Shown one piece after another: positions 40,768 to 49,916 of a stretch of 64,000 bases of DNA. Made by a program: the position numbers and the translations under genes. Location: contig JAEKLQ010000027.1 in the NCBI GenBank assembly GCA_019509785.1, forward strand, positions 25,755-89,754, read 5' to 3'. The notes under the pieces were generated by a model. The model was not told the origin of the DNA. It saw only the letters and a program-made list of their open reading frames with translations, and made no database searches. Every line of letters starts with the position of its first letter. Within the stretch, counting starts at the first letter, position 1. The DNA is from Fibrobacterota bacterium. Its GTDB lineage: Bacteria; Fibrobacterota; Fibrobacteria; UBA11236.

Positions 40768-41662
40768 CCGGGCGCTTGGGAGCGCGTCCCGAGCGGGGGC
40801 GTTTCCAAGCCCTATAGGTGCGCGCGTCCAGTCTCCCGGTAACGCGGCCTTGGTATCGCCCTTCTTTCTTCAGCTTCCCCTGCAACGCCATCACGTCTTC
40901 CCCTTCCGATCCGTAGGTAAGCGCGGTTCGGCCCGGTCCCAGCATCAGCTTTAGTGCTTCATCCGCCGGCGCGAGCAGGATGGGGAAGGCTGTTTGCGGG
41001 ACGGCATAAAGAAGCTTGTGAAAGGTCTGCCAGGGACCGCGATTGGACGGCGCATCCGACCGTCTCGGGCACAGCGGCAATCCGGCCACAACCATGCAAC
41101 CCGCGCTGCTGAATCCCGGCCCGAGGCCGTCCAGGTTCCAACCGCAGTGGAGGTTATCATAGGGGTTACCGTAGTACAGGGGTGACGTAGCCGAATAGGG
41201 CAGGCCCCGGGGGCTGCGCCGGTACAGCCGCGAGGCGGTCTGGCGCAGCGCCTGATGGCCGTTCAGCTTGCCTTGCAGATGCTCGCCCTTGGTCAAGTCC
41301 ACGTAGTAGCCCGGCTCCAATTGGTTGGTACCCCGCCCCCGCATGTTCCCTTTGCGGGCCGCCGCCTTGCGAACGTTATCCTTGTGGGGCACGGTCGATC
41401 CCGGGGCCGCGAATATCCTCCCGCCCGCCCGATCCCAGATCCCCAAGGTACAGCGCATATGCACATAGTCGACCCGGGCCCTATGAACGCGAAGGGAGCG
41501 GACCCAGCCAGAGGCGGGAGTTTCGGGAAGGGCCCCGCGCAGAGCGAACAGGACCAGCCCGGAAGTTGGCATGGGGAGACGATAGGCCCGGAACAAGCGC
41601 TCCAGGGCCGCGGAATCGAGACGGAACGGCTCGGAATCGGAACGGTCGGGCATGGGACCCAA
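40739..41662 (-). CDS. Hypothetical protein with C-terminal peptidoglycan-binding-like domain
   Basis: C-terminal LTYGSEGEDVMALQGKLKKEGRYQGRVTG resembles the PG_binding_1 repeat. SAGCMVV Cys motif resembles an L,D-transpeptidase active site. 29-nt convergent overlap with the OMP gene lowers confidence. Confidence 0.4.
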   Translation of the reverse strand: MGPMPDRSDSEPFRLDSAALERLFRAYRLPMPTSGLVLFALRGALPETPASGWVRSLRVHRARVDYVHMRCTLGIWDRAGGRIFAAPGSTVPHKDNVRKAAARKGNMRGRGTNQLEPGYYVDLTKGEHLQGKLNGHQALRQTASRLYRRSPRGLPYSATSPLYYGNPYDNLHCGWNLDGLGPGFSSAGCMVVAGLPLCPRRSDAPSNRGPWQTFHKLLYAVPQTAFPILLAPADEALKLMLGPGRTALTYGSEGEDVMALQGKLKKEGRYQGRVTGRLDARTYRAWKRPRSGRAPKRPVRTSSGTGS

Positions 41663-41698
41663 GGTAATTAATTGGGCCTGGCCGGCCCGGTCTCAACA

Positions 41699-41726
41699 TG
41701 CGACAGGCGTTCCAGCCCTTGTCGCA
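41699..41726 (+). promoter_or_regulatory. Palindrome TGCGACA-N13-TGTCGCA, candidate enhancer-binding-protein UAS about 95 bp upstream of the hsp20 sigma-54 promoter
   Basis: Perfect 7-bp inverted repeat seen directly in the sequence. The position relative to the -24/-12 element is typical of bEBP sites. Confidence 0.4.
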
Positions 41727-41819
41727 TTTCCGAATGCCTTCTCCCGGACGGACGCTTCGGAAGCCTTGGCGATGGGCCGATCCGCGCCTCTGGGCTGGTC
41801 CGTCCCATACTTGGAAGCA

Positions 41820-41835
41820 TGGCACGCAGGTTGCT
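41820..41835 (+). promoter_or_regulatory. Sigma-54 (-24/-12) promoter TGGCACG-CAGG-TTGCT upstream of hsp20
   Basis: Exact match to the TGGCACG-N4-TTGCW consensus with GG-to-GC spacing of 11. About 58 nt upstream of the ATG, which is preceded by an AAGGAGG Shine-Dalgarno. Confidence 0.65.
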
Positions 41836-41891
41836 TTTCCAATGGTCATCCATGGGCCAAGGCCCGGAAAGGTTTCAAGGAGGACATCGCC

Positions 41892-42299
41892 ATGAACAAC
41901 TCTCTCGTTTACAACCCCGCCAAATGGCTCGACCAATTTTTCAACGACTTCGATTCGAACGGGTCGGCTAAGCAAGGTTTCGCTCCCGCCGTGGACGTCG
42001 TAGAGGACAAGGAAGAGTTCCTGCTGCGGGCCGAGTTGCCGGGCGTTCCCAAGGAGAACATCAAGGTCGAAGTGAAGGAGAACCGTTTGACCGTAAGCGG
42101 AAACAAGGAAAGCTTCCATAAGGATACCAAGGGCGAATACCGCTACGTGGAATCCAGCTATGGCGCCTTCTCCCGCACCTTCGAGCTTCCGCGCAACGTC
42201 CAAGGCGGCGAAATCAAAGCCGAGTACGCGCACGGAGTCCTGACCCTCAGGATCCCGAAGGCGAAGGAAGCCCTGTCCCGCACCATCGAGATCCGGTAA
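41892..42299 (+). CDS. Small heat-shock protein (Hsp20/alpha-crystallin family)
   Basis: Alpha-crystallin domain (PAVDVVEDKEEFLLRAELPGVPKENIKVEVKENRLTVSGNKE...GAFSRTFELP...GVLTLRIPK). Start at MNNSLVY with strong Shine-Dalgarno. Confidence 0.9.
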   Translation: MNNSLVYNPAKWLDQFFNDFDSNGSAKQGFAPAVDVVEDKEEFLLRAELPGVPKENIKVEVKENRLTVSGNKESFHKDTKGEYRYVESSYGAFSRTFELPRNVQGGEIKAEYAHGVLTLRIPKAKEALSRTIEIR

Positions 42300-42325
42300 T
42301 CGCACCCTCCGTTGGGAGGAATGGA

Positions 42326-42352
42326 GGGCGGGCCCAAGGGCCCGCCCTTTTT
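42326..42352. terminator. Bidirectional rho-independent terminator between convergent hsp20 and cysC
   Basis: GGGCGGGCCC-aag-GGGCCCGCCC followed by TTTTT. Additional CCCTCC...GGAGGG hairpin just upstream. Confidence 0.65.
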
Positions 42353-42363
42353 ACAGCGGAGTT

Positions 42364-42966
42364 TTAGAGGTAGCCGCGGTCCTTGAGCAGAACCAAGATC
42401 CTATCCACCGCCTGCTCCACCGTCTCGCGATCGGTATGCACGGTGAACTCGGGGTGTTCGGGGGGCTCGTAGGGAGAGGAGATGCCGGTGAATTGCGCGA
42501 TCTCCCCTTTGCGGGCCTTCACGTACAATCCTTTCGGATCACGCTTCTCGCATTCGGCGATGGGCGCGTCCACGAAAACCTCGATGAAGTCCGGGCCGAT
42601 AAGGTTGCGCGCCGATTCCCGTTCGTAGCGGAACGGGGAAATGAAGGAGACCAAGGTCAAGACATTGGCGTCCCATAGCAATTGGGCCACGTGGGACACG
42701 CGCCGGTTGTTCTCTTTCCGATCCGCCTCGCTGAATCCGAGATCGGAGTTCAGTCCCAGCCTCACGTTGTCCCCGTCGAGAAGGTACGAGAGGCGACCCA
42801 TCGCGTTGAGGCGCGCCTCCAAGGCGTTCGCGATGGTGGACTTTCCGCTTCCGGAAAGGCCCGTAAACCAAAGCACCGCGCTCCGGTTCCCGCTGATGCG
42901 GATGCGCGCGGCGCGATCCACGGTCACGCGGTGGCGCACGACGTTTTCGTTAGGCTTACCGTCCAT
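42364..42966 (-). CDS. cysC: Adenylyl-sulfate (APS) kinase CysC
   Basis: P-loop GLSGSGKST, LDGDNVR, SFISP(F)R motifs. 200 aa. Confidence 0.9.
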   Translation of the reverse strand: MDGKPNENVVRHRVTVDRAARIRISGNRSAVLWFTGLSGSGKSTIANALEARLNAMGRLSYLLDGDNVRLGLNSDLGFSEADRKENNRRVSHVAQLLWDANVLTLVSFISPFRYERESARNLIGPDFIEVFVDAPIAECEKRDPKGLYVKARKGEIAQFTGISSPYEPPEHPEFTVHTDRETVEQAVDRILVLLKDRGYL

Positions 42967-42979
42967 GCTCAGAATCTAA

Positions 42980-44854
42980 TTACCGGATCGCGCCCGCGGA
43001 GCGCAAGCGCGCCAAGGCCGCGTCGACCAGCCCGGCCAAAGCCCCGGCTTCGGCATCCGCGGCGGCTTCCAAGGCGAGCGCGGCATGCGGCTTGACCTGG
43101 GCTTCCAAGGATCCGATGCCGTCGGTATCCAAGCCCCGGACCGCGGCCACGACGATCAAGCCGGCGTCGAGCAGCAAAGCGGCGGCCTCCCCCAGTTTGG
43201 CGGAAGGGGATTGCGCGTCCCAGCTCGCTTCGGCGGTGAGCGGCGATCCGCCCGCACGCGCGGCGGCATCCGTATCCCCCGGGACGGGGGCCCCATGGGC
43301 ATCTTCCGTCTTTCCGGGTTCGGCCAGCCCCAGATAGAAGGCATGACGGCCGAGGGCGGCGAGTTTCGCCTCGATGGCCTTGGCAGGACCGTGCGGGTCG
43401 CGACCGGGCCCCCCCACGACCACCAACAAGGCCGGTTTCTGGCCCAGCAGTTGGGCCCGGGAATCGGCGGGCAAAGAAGACCGGACCAAGGCGGTCACCG
43501 CGGGTCCCTGCACCTGGACCTCATCGGGTAGGGCCTCGCGGATGATGCCTCCGCCCGCGATTTCGTACTGATCCACGATCACGAAACGGCCGGTGGCCTC
43601 CAGGCGGGCGATGGGATCGAAGGCAAGCGGCTTGGAAAGTTCGATGACGCAATCGGCCACGTCATGGCGTTCGACGGCGGACTTCGTTTCCGCTCCGGCG
43701 GTTTCCGAAGCGTCGATGAGGTAATTGATCCGTTCCAGCCGGCAGGGGATCTTGGCGGTACCGAGCTTAAGGAAATAGGTCTTGCCGGCCGCGAAAGGTT
43801 TTTTCCCCATCCAGAACAGGTTGATGCGCAAGCGGCGCGCGACTTCGGCCGGGGCCTCCGAGGCGATCACCGCGAGTTCGCCGCGTCCGATGTAGATCTG
43901 CTGCGCGAGGGTGAGCCCGGTCGAATAGCCGACGCCGATCTCGTTCCGCTTGGCGGCGTGAAAGGCCTCGATGGAGGCGACGCGGCTCTTCTTGCCGGAA
44001 GGCAGGAAAACGACTTCGTCCCCGACCTTGACCGACCCCGATTCCACCCGGCCCGTCACGATGCGGCGATCGTCGCCCAGGGAAGTGAACTTATACACGT
44101 CCTGGACGGGCATGCGGAAGGGCTGGTTGGCCTTGGGAGGTTCCTTCTCGAAGGCGTCCATGGCGGCCAGCACGTTCGGGCCCTTGTACCAGGCCATCTT
44201 ATCCGAAGCCTTCGTGAGGTTCTCGCCGTTGAAGGCCGAGATGGGGATGAAGAATTTCGGCGTGGCCCCGATGCGGGCCAAGAAGGCGATGAACTCGTCG
44301 CGGATGTCCTCGAAGGCCTCCCGCGAATAGCCCACGAGATCCATCTTGTTAACCACCACCGCGATCTGCTTGATGCCCAGCATGGAAAGGAGGTAGCCGT
44401 GGCGCTTGCTGTTCTCCCGGATGCCTTCCTTGGCATCGATGACCAGTACCGCCGCTTCGGCGCGGGCCGCCCCGGTCACCATGTTCTTCAGGAATTCGAT
44501 GTGCCCCGGAGCATCGATGATGATGTAGTCGCGCTTCCCGGACTTGAAGAAGGTGCGCGCGGTATCGATGGTGATGCCCTGGGCTTGTTCGTCCTTGAGG
44601 GCGTCCAGCAGGAAAGCGTATTCGAACGGGCGCGAATTGCGTTCGCAGAATGCGCGCACCGACTCCAATTTTCCGTCGGGCAGCGATCCCGTATCGGCCA
44701 GGAGCCGGCCCACCACGGTGCTCTTGCCATGGTCCACATGGCCCACGATGACGATGTTCATGCGGATGCGGCCCTCGACCTTGCCGGCCGTGTCGGCGGA
44801 ATAGGTGGGGATGGCGATGCGGGTCTGTTCCATTTTCGGTTCCTGTGCGGTCAT
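42980..44854 (-). CDS. cysN: Sulfate adenylyltransferase subunit 1 (CysN GTPase) fused to a C-terminal degenerate APS-kinase-like domain
   Basis: G-domain [20 protein letters not shown]-Tu-like beta-barrels. About 190-aa C-terminal extension ([35 protein letters not shown]...[14 protein letters not shown]) aligns to an APS-kinase fold but lacks the P-loop and DGDN. Confidence 0.9.
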   Translation of the reverse strand: MTAQEPKMEQTRIAIPTYSADTAGKVEGRIRMNIVIVGHVDHGKSTVVGRLLADTGSLPDGKLESVRAFCERNSRPFEYAFLLDALKDEQAQGITIDTARTFFKSGKRDYIIIDAPGHIEFLKNMVTGAARAEAAVLVIDAKEGIRENSKRHGYLLSMLGIKQIAVVVNKMDLVGYSREAFEDIRDEFIAFLARIGATPKFFIPISAFNGENLTKASDKMAWYKGPNVLAAMDAFEKEPPKANQPFRMPVQDVYKFTSLGDDRRIVTGRVESGSVKVGDEVVFLPSGKKSRVASIEAFHAAKRNEIGVGYSTGLTLAQQIYIGRGELAVIASEAPAEVARRLRINLFWMGKKPFAAGKTYFLKLGTAKIPCRLERINYLIDASETAGAETKSAVERHDVADCVIELSKPLAFDPIARLEATGRFVIVDQYEIAGGGIIREALPDEVQVQGPAVTALVRSSLPADSRAQLLGQKPALLVVVGGPGRDPHGPAKAIEAKLAALGRHAFYLGLAEPGKTEDAHGAPVPGDTDAAARAGGSPLTAEASWDAQSPSAKLGEAAALLLDAGLIVVAAVRGLDTDGIGSLEAQVKPHAALALEAAADAEAGALAGLVDAALARLRSAGAIR

Positions 44855-44860
44855 CGTTGC

Positions 44861-45748
44861 TTACATGTATCCGTCGCGGCGGAGCGTCTCCAGCCCGCCG
44901 CCGTCTTCCTTATCCTGGGCCCGGCCGGAGCGTTCCGCGATGTTCACGAACTTCCCGGTCTTGAGCTCGGCCACGATCTCGGAGACGTTCTTCGCGGTCG
45001 ATTCCACCGGGGTGGTGCAAGGGTAGCATCCCAGCGACCGGTAGCGCTTGCCGTTGCCCTGATCGAAGTAGAGATCGATGATCGGGATGTTCTCGCGTTC
45101 GATGTATTCCCAGATGTTGAGCTCGGTCCAATCCAGCAAGGGATGGATGCGCAGATGGGTGCCGGGCGCGAAATCGGTCTTGAACTGGTTCCACAATTCG
45201 GGCGGCTGATCGCCCACGTCCCATTCGTTGTTCTTATCGCGGGGCGAGAAATAGCGTTCCTTCGAACGCGAGCCTTCTTCATCCGCCCGGGCGCCGACGA
45301 TCACGCCCGTATAGGGCTCCTTGTTCTTGTCCAGTTCATACTTCCCGGTCTGGAGGTTGAGCCGGTAGCGAGGCCATTCGCCCGAAAGCGTATTCCGCAG
45401 CGCGTCGGTCTTCAGGGCCTTGCAGCATTGCAGGCGCGTGATTTTCCCGTTGGGGAAGGTTTCGCCCCTGGCCAGGGCTTCCTTATTTTGGCCATAAACC
45501 ATGGTCAAATTCCAATCCATGGCCAGCTTGTCGCGGTAGGTGATCATGGCCGGGATCTTGTACGAGGTATCGATATGCACCAGGGTGATCGGTACATGGC
45601 CGAAGAAGGCCTTGCGCGCCAACCAGAGCAAGACGGTGCTGTCCTTGCCGATGGACCAGAGCATGGCAAGGCTCTTGAAATTGGCGTAGGCCTCGCGCAG
45701 GATGTACACGCTTTGGTTTTCGAGTTGGTCCAAATGATCTTGCTGCAT
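44861..45748 (-). CDS. cysD: Sulfate adenylyltransferase subunit 2 (CysD)
   Basis: PAPS-reductase-like fold with SIGKDS PP-loop and [18 protein letters not shown], typical of CysD. Confidence 0.9.
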   Translation of the reverse strand: MQQDHLDQLENQSVYILREAYANFKSLAMLWSIGKDSTVLLWLARKAFFGHVPITLVHIDTSYKIPAMITYRDKLAMDWNLTMVYGQNKEALARGETFPNGKITRLQCCKALKTDALRNTLSGEWPRYRLNLQTGKYELDKNKEPYTGVIVGARADEEGSRSKERYFSPRDKNNEWDVGDQPPELWNQFKTDFAPGTHLRIHPLLDWTELNIWEYIERENIPIIDLYFDQGNGKRYRSLGCYPCTTPVESTAKNVSEIVAELKTGKFVNIAERSGRAQDKEDGGGLETLRRDGYM

Positions 45749-45778
45749 GGGTATTTCCGCTCCGGCCGGCTAATCTAA

Positions 45779-46016
45779 CATATTATTTCAATGGGGATAA
45801 GATTGGGCCCACACCTCATTCTAAAGCCATTAATTTCGATTATTAAAGGGGATTTATATCCTATATTGTCTATATGATTAAAAGAAATCGAATATACCAT
45901 ACTTGTTTTATAGGTTTTCTTCCAAGGTGATGTTTTTTCAGGAATATATTCTTCCAGCTAAGCGTCCTATAGAAAGGGATGTGGTTCGTTAGAATCCTCC
46001 GCCGGGAGAAAAGCAA
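45779..46016. promoter_or_regulatory. AT-rich (about 33% GC) divergent intergenic island between cysD and a lipoprotein gene
   Basis: Base composition contrasts with about 66% genome GC. Multiple A/T tracts and TATA-like hexamers. Probable divergent promoter/regulatory region. Confidence 0.5.
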
Positions 46017-46556
46017 ATGAGACCCAGACTTGATCGATTCATCCCCGTCGTGGTGGCCGCGCTCGGTATGGGGGTGCTGTTAACCGGGTGCGATTCGAGC
46101 CCGAACGGGAGCGATGGCGGCACCCAGGACGGGACATATATGACGGCCCTGATCGATGGAAAGCCTTGGTACGCGGAGATGGGCGCCAGTTTTTCCGTCA
46201 GGCCTCCCGGAGATACCGGATCAGACGAGTCATTGCCGCCTGGGATAATTGGCGTTGACCTGAACAACAACTCATTCAGCTTTGCTATTCCGACCGACCA
46301 ACCCGATAGCGTGCCCTTGGATAGCATTCCAGGGAAACATATCGGTGAATTCACGAAGGATGGGTATTTCTTTTTCACGCGTTCGGGTTATGTCAAATTC
46401 ACCCGGGTATCGGGCACCCAGGTGGAAGGGATTTTCGCTTGCGAAATGGTGGCGATACCCGAATACGAGGATTCGCTTAAGGTGATCCAGGTGACGAACG
46501 GGAAATTCCTGGCCAAGGCAGTGGTCGTACCGAGCGCGAAAATCCCAAGCCCTTAA
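46017..46556 (+). CDS. Hypothetical lipoprotein
   Basis: Signal peptide with LLTGC lipobox. No recognisable domain. Confidence 0.5.
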   Translation: MRPRLDRFIPVVVAALGMGVLLTGCDSSPNGSDGGTQDGTYMTALIDGKPWYAEMGASFSVRPPGDTGSDESLPPGIIGVDLNNNSFSFAIPTDQPDSVPLDSIPGKHIGEFTKDGYFFFTRSGYVKFTRVSGTQVEGIFACEMVAIPEYEDSLKVIQVTNGKFLAKAVVVPSAKIPSP

Positions 46557-46672
46557 GGAATTCCTCTTGCCGGGCCGACGTCCCGGAAACCGGCGCCTAA
46601 AGCGGCATCCGGGAAAGCCCGTATTGCCGTGGGAGACCCATTAACCCATATTTATCCGATAAAGGGGTCCCC

Positions 46673-47470
46673 ATGGCCATCTCCGGCTCCGCCGTTATCC
46701 TATCCACCTTGCTGCTCGAGAAGAACCGATCCAATGGCAAGGGACCCAGTTTGCTGGTGAGCGATTGGGTGGAAGACGCCGGCGAGGCGGGATTCACTGG
46801 CCTCGAAATCTGGATCAACCATCTCCTGTTTTCCTCGCGCTCGGAGTGGGAGCTCATTCGCGAGCACGCCGGGGATGCGGACCTGCCTATCGCCGCCCTG
46901 GCCGCGACCCTTCCCTGGGACGGATCGGACAAGAGCCAACGTTTCCGCGAAACCATCCTCGAAGCATGCGATTACTTCCGGCCGGACGCCCTGAAGCTGG
47001 GAATATCGGACCTGGGTTCCGAGGAGGCCCTGGGGTTCCTCAAGGATTGGTCCCGGGACGTACCCCGGGATAGCCTCCTGCTGGTGGATGGAGGGGAAGG
47101 CGTCCTCGCGGGCGCATTGGCGCAAGCCAAGACGGCATTGGGGGACGGCCGTTTCAAGGGCGTGCTACGTCCTTTCCTGTTCGCGCCCAAAGAACTGGAA
47201 GCCGCATTCGAAAAGGCCGGCGATTTCATAGCCAATCTGGGAGTCCAAGCCCGCAAGGGCGGCCAGCGCATCTTGCTGGAAGAGAACGCCGACGAAAATC
47301 TGAAAATCCTCTCCCTGCTGCGCAGCCGGAATTTCACGGGGACTTGGACGTTGGAGTCGACGAAGGGCGCGGGGCTTCCCGGCGAGAGCATCGAGAAAAT
47401 GTTCGACAACGCCGAGAAGGATCTCAATTTCCTTGTCGAGGCCCAGGCGAAAAAAGCCAAGTCCCGTTGA
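46673..47470 (+). CDS. Xylose-isomerase-like TIM-barrel (sugar phosphate isomerase/epimerase family) protein, weak call
   Basis: EAGFTGLEIW motif typical of AP-endonuclease-2/xylose-isomerase-like TIM barrels. Otherwise weak similarity. Confidence 0.4.
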   Translation: MAISGSAVILSTLLLEKNRSNGKGPSLLVSDWVEDAGEAGFTGLEIWINHLLFSSRSEWELIREHAGDADLPIAALAATLPWDGSDKSQRFRETILEACDYFRPDALKLGISDLGSEEALGFLKDWSRDVPRDSLLLVDGGEGVLAGALAQAKTALGDGRFKGVLRPFLFAPKELEAAFEKAGDFIANLGVQARKGGQRILLEENADENLKILSLLRSRNFTGTWTLESTKGAGLPGESIEKMFDNAEKDLNFLVEAQAKKAKSR

Positions 47471-47503
47471 GCGGGGCCGCGATCCGGCGCCGCGTTCGGA
47501 CGA

Positions 47504-47920
47504 TCAGGTGCTGCGGCCGGAGATGGCGCCCATGTACTTGTCGAATCCCACCCATTTGATCAAGAACGAGTAGTAGATCTGGTTTTCCGCCAGCTTGGCG
47601 CCCTCCATATCCACGTCCACGTTGTTCACTTCCCCGGGTAGGGATTGATCCTGGGGCTCGTAGACGACGGGTCGGATCTGGGCGAGGTCGATCCCTTTGC
47701 CGGCGGGCAAATGCCCGGGCTGATCTTGGGCGGCGGCGAGCTTTGCCTTGAGCGCCTTCTGCAATTGCTCCTCGAAATCCACTTCCTTGCGCTTGTAGCC
47801 GGGCGTTTGGACGTTGGCCAGGTTTTCGGAGATGGCTTTGGCCCGCAGGGTGCTCGCGTCGAGCGCCTTATAGGCCATTTGGCGGGTGTCCCCGCCGAAG
47901 AGGAAGTTGCGAATGTCCAC
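47504..47920 (-). CDS. flgB: Flagellar basal-body rod protein FlgB-like
   Basis: N-term LRAKAISENLANVQTPGYKRKEVDFE and C-term NNVDVDMEGAKLAENQIYYSFLI match FlgB signatures. No flgC or fliE adjacent. Confidence 0.55.
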   Translation of the reverse strand: MDIRNFLFGGDTRQMAYKALDASTLRAKAISENLANVQTPGYKRKEVDFEEQLQKALKAKLAAAQDQPGHLPAGKGIDLAQIRPVVYEPQDQSLPGEVNNVDVDMEGAKLAENQIYYSFLIKWVGFDKYMGAISGRST

Positions 47921-48132
47921 GGGGCGCTAAGGAAAGCAAGGCCCGTTCCAAACGAAGCATGGGCCGTAACCGGCGCGTTTCGGCCCTGTCAATGGACTCA
48001 TCGACGAAGGCGGCAAAAAAGGGCGGGAAAGTTTTGCCAGGCGGCAATATCTCCCCGCGACCCTTTCCGGCCTTATTCCTATTTCGGGAATCCCGGATGC
48101 GGACTTGAGCGGTTTTTACCGGACGATGTGAT

Positions 48133-49629
48133 TCAGTGGCTGAAACGCTTGGCCGCGAGGCCTTCCGGCGATATCACGCTCAGGAAATAGTTTCCGGCCG
48201 GCAGTCCCTGCACGGGAATGGCCTGCAGCTGCGGGCCCGGGATGGAACCCGAGCGCAGGATTTTACCGGCCAGGGAAATCAACTCCCAACGGGCGGGCAA
48301 GCGGCCAGGCCAAGCCAGTTCCAGACGGTCCCCGCGCAGGGTGGCTTCCGGATAGGCGCGCATCCCGCGGCGGGCGGCCAAGCGGGTCGGAGGCGCGGAA
48401 AGGGCGCGATAGAAGATATGCGCCAGGGAATCCTGGCCCGCTTTGTTGGGGTGCACGCCGTCCGGGACCAGGCTTTTCAGGTTCTGGAAAGGGGTGTTGG
48501 GATCGATGATGGGAAGGCCCTTATCCGCCGCGACCAGGCGTATGGCGGGAATGGTGGAGTCCTTGATGATGTCGTTGCTGATGCCGTTGTAGGGCCAAGC
48601 GCCGTTCACTTGCCAGGCGGGCACGGGCAAAACCGCCCAAACGACGGGATGCGAAGGGATGCCGCGCAACGTATCCACCATGGCACGGTAATCCCGCACG
48701 TACCGGGCCTTGTTCCAGTCCGCGGCGCGGGAATCGTTGGTGCCGAGTTTAACGGTGATGATATTCGGTTTCAGGGCGAACACCTGCGGAAGCCTTCCGA
48801 GCTTCCCCCAATAGGAAGAAGCGGGTTGCGCGTCCTTCTGCATGTACAGGCCGGTAACGCCGTCGTTCTCGACGAAATAACCGCGGCCCAGCAGCATATT
48901 CAATCGGATCGGATACGCGTCCGCTTCCACCGCGTCCGCGGCGGATCCCGGAAATGCGTAGTCCGTAATGCTGTTTCCGATGCACGCGATGCGGGTGGCT
49001 TTTTCCTTGAAGGCCCGGAAGATGGCGGTGGCGATGGAGTCGGCGCCTTCGTCATTTGGGTGTACGCCGTCCGAGAAGAGGGCGCTCTTATTGAGCAAGG
49101 GCGTATGGGTATCGATGATATTGAGATTGTTGCTCTGTGCGACCTGCTTGATGAGGGGGATCACTTCGTTCTCGATGACGGTTCCGCTGATGCTGAAGCC
49201 GTTCGCCCAGGCGGGCGCAGGCAGGCAGAGCCAAATCTGGGGTTTCGGGGAAATCCGGCCCAGGGTATCGATCAAGGATTGCAGATCCTGGGCGAAGTCG
49301 GCCTTATGGGTCCAATTGTAATCCTTGGAATCGTTGGTGCCGAGCTTGATGGAGATGATATCCGGCTTGAAGGCGAAGACGTTCGCCAGCTTTCCCTTGG
49401 TCCAATACGGCGTATCGCCCTTCTTGAGCAAGGTGCAGCCGGATACGCCGTCGTTCTCCACCTGGAAGGCCGGCCCCAGCTTGTTTCCCAATTGGATGGG
49501 GTAGGCGACGGTGGCACCGGCGCCCTCCGTGATGCTATTGCCGATGCAGGCCCACTTGATGGGCCGCGTGGTCTGGGCCTGCCCCAGCGCTAGGGCGGCG
49601 GCAAGGAACATGGGAACGATTCTAAGCAT
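48133..49629 (-). CDS. Secreted tandem SGNH/GDSL-hydrolase (carbohydrate esterase-like) with T9SS-type C-terminal domain
   Basis: Two repeats each with GNSIT(E/D) block I, GTNDS block III and DGVHPN block V. C-term ...ELISLAGKILRSGSIP...LPAGNYFLSVI is sorting-domain-like. Confidence 0.8.
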   Translation of the reverse strand: MLRIVPMFLAAALALGQAQTTRPIKWACIGNSITEGAGATVAYPIQLGNKLGPAFQVENDGVSGCTLLKKGDTPYWTKGKLANVFAFKPDIISIKLGTNDSKDYNWTHKADFAQDLQSLIDTLGRISPKPQIWLCLPAPAWANGFSISGTVIENEVIPLIKQVAQSNNLNIIDTHTPLLNKSALFSDGVHPNDEGADSIATAIFRAFKEKATRIACIGNSITDYAFPGSAADAVEADAYPIRLNMLLGRGYFVENDGVTGLYMQKDAQPASSYWGKLGRLPQVFALKPNIITVKLGTNDSRAADWNKARYVRDYRAMVDTLRGIPSHPVVWAVLPVPAWQVNGAWPYNGISNDIIKDSTIPAIRLVAADKGLPIIDPNTPFQNLKSLVPDGVHPNKAGQDSLAHIFYRALSAPPTRLAARRGMRAYPEATLRGDRLELAWPGRLPARWELISLAGKILRSGSIPGPQLQAIPVQGLPAGNYFLSVISPEGLAAKRFSH

Positions 49630-49887
49630 TCTTCTCTCTACTGGATATGGCCGCTAGGTCGCGGCCGATTCGGCATGGAAAGCCCGGTTCCGTCTGGAAC
49701 CCGAACAGGAATGGGATTTGAGGGTAAATATAGGCAGCCGGACGAAGTACGCTTCGGGAAACATCGAGGCAGCCTTCCTCGCCAAATCGTCTCACTGGAG
49801 GAAACGCATGTCTCAACGTGGCACATCGATGGACCGGCCATGGGCGAATTTATCTTAAAAATAAGGCCTATCGGTCCGGGTACCTTC

Positions 49888-49902
49888 CGGCACCCGCTTT
49901 GC
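49888..49902 (+). promoter_or_regulatory. Sigma-54-like -24/-12 element CGGCAC-CCGCT-TTGCT immediately upstream of clpB
   Basis: GG (49889-49890) and GC (49901-49902) at canonical 11-nt spacing, one mismatch at the first T. The -12 element lies only 15 nt from the clpB ATG (leaderless-like), so this is tentative. Confidence 0.3.
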
Positions 49903-49916
49903 TTTTTGGGGGCTCT

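Noticed and set aside
43664-45778. 704-aa plus-strand ORF
   Set aside because: Antisense to cysN and cysD. No motifs.
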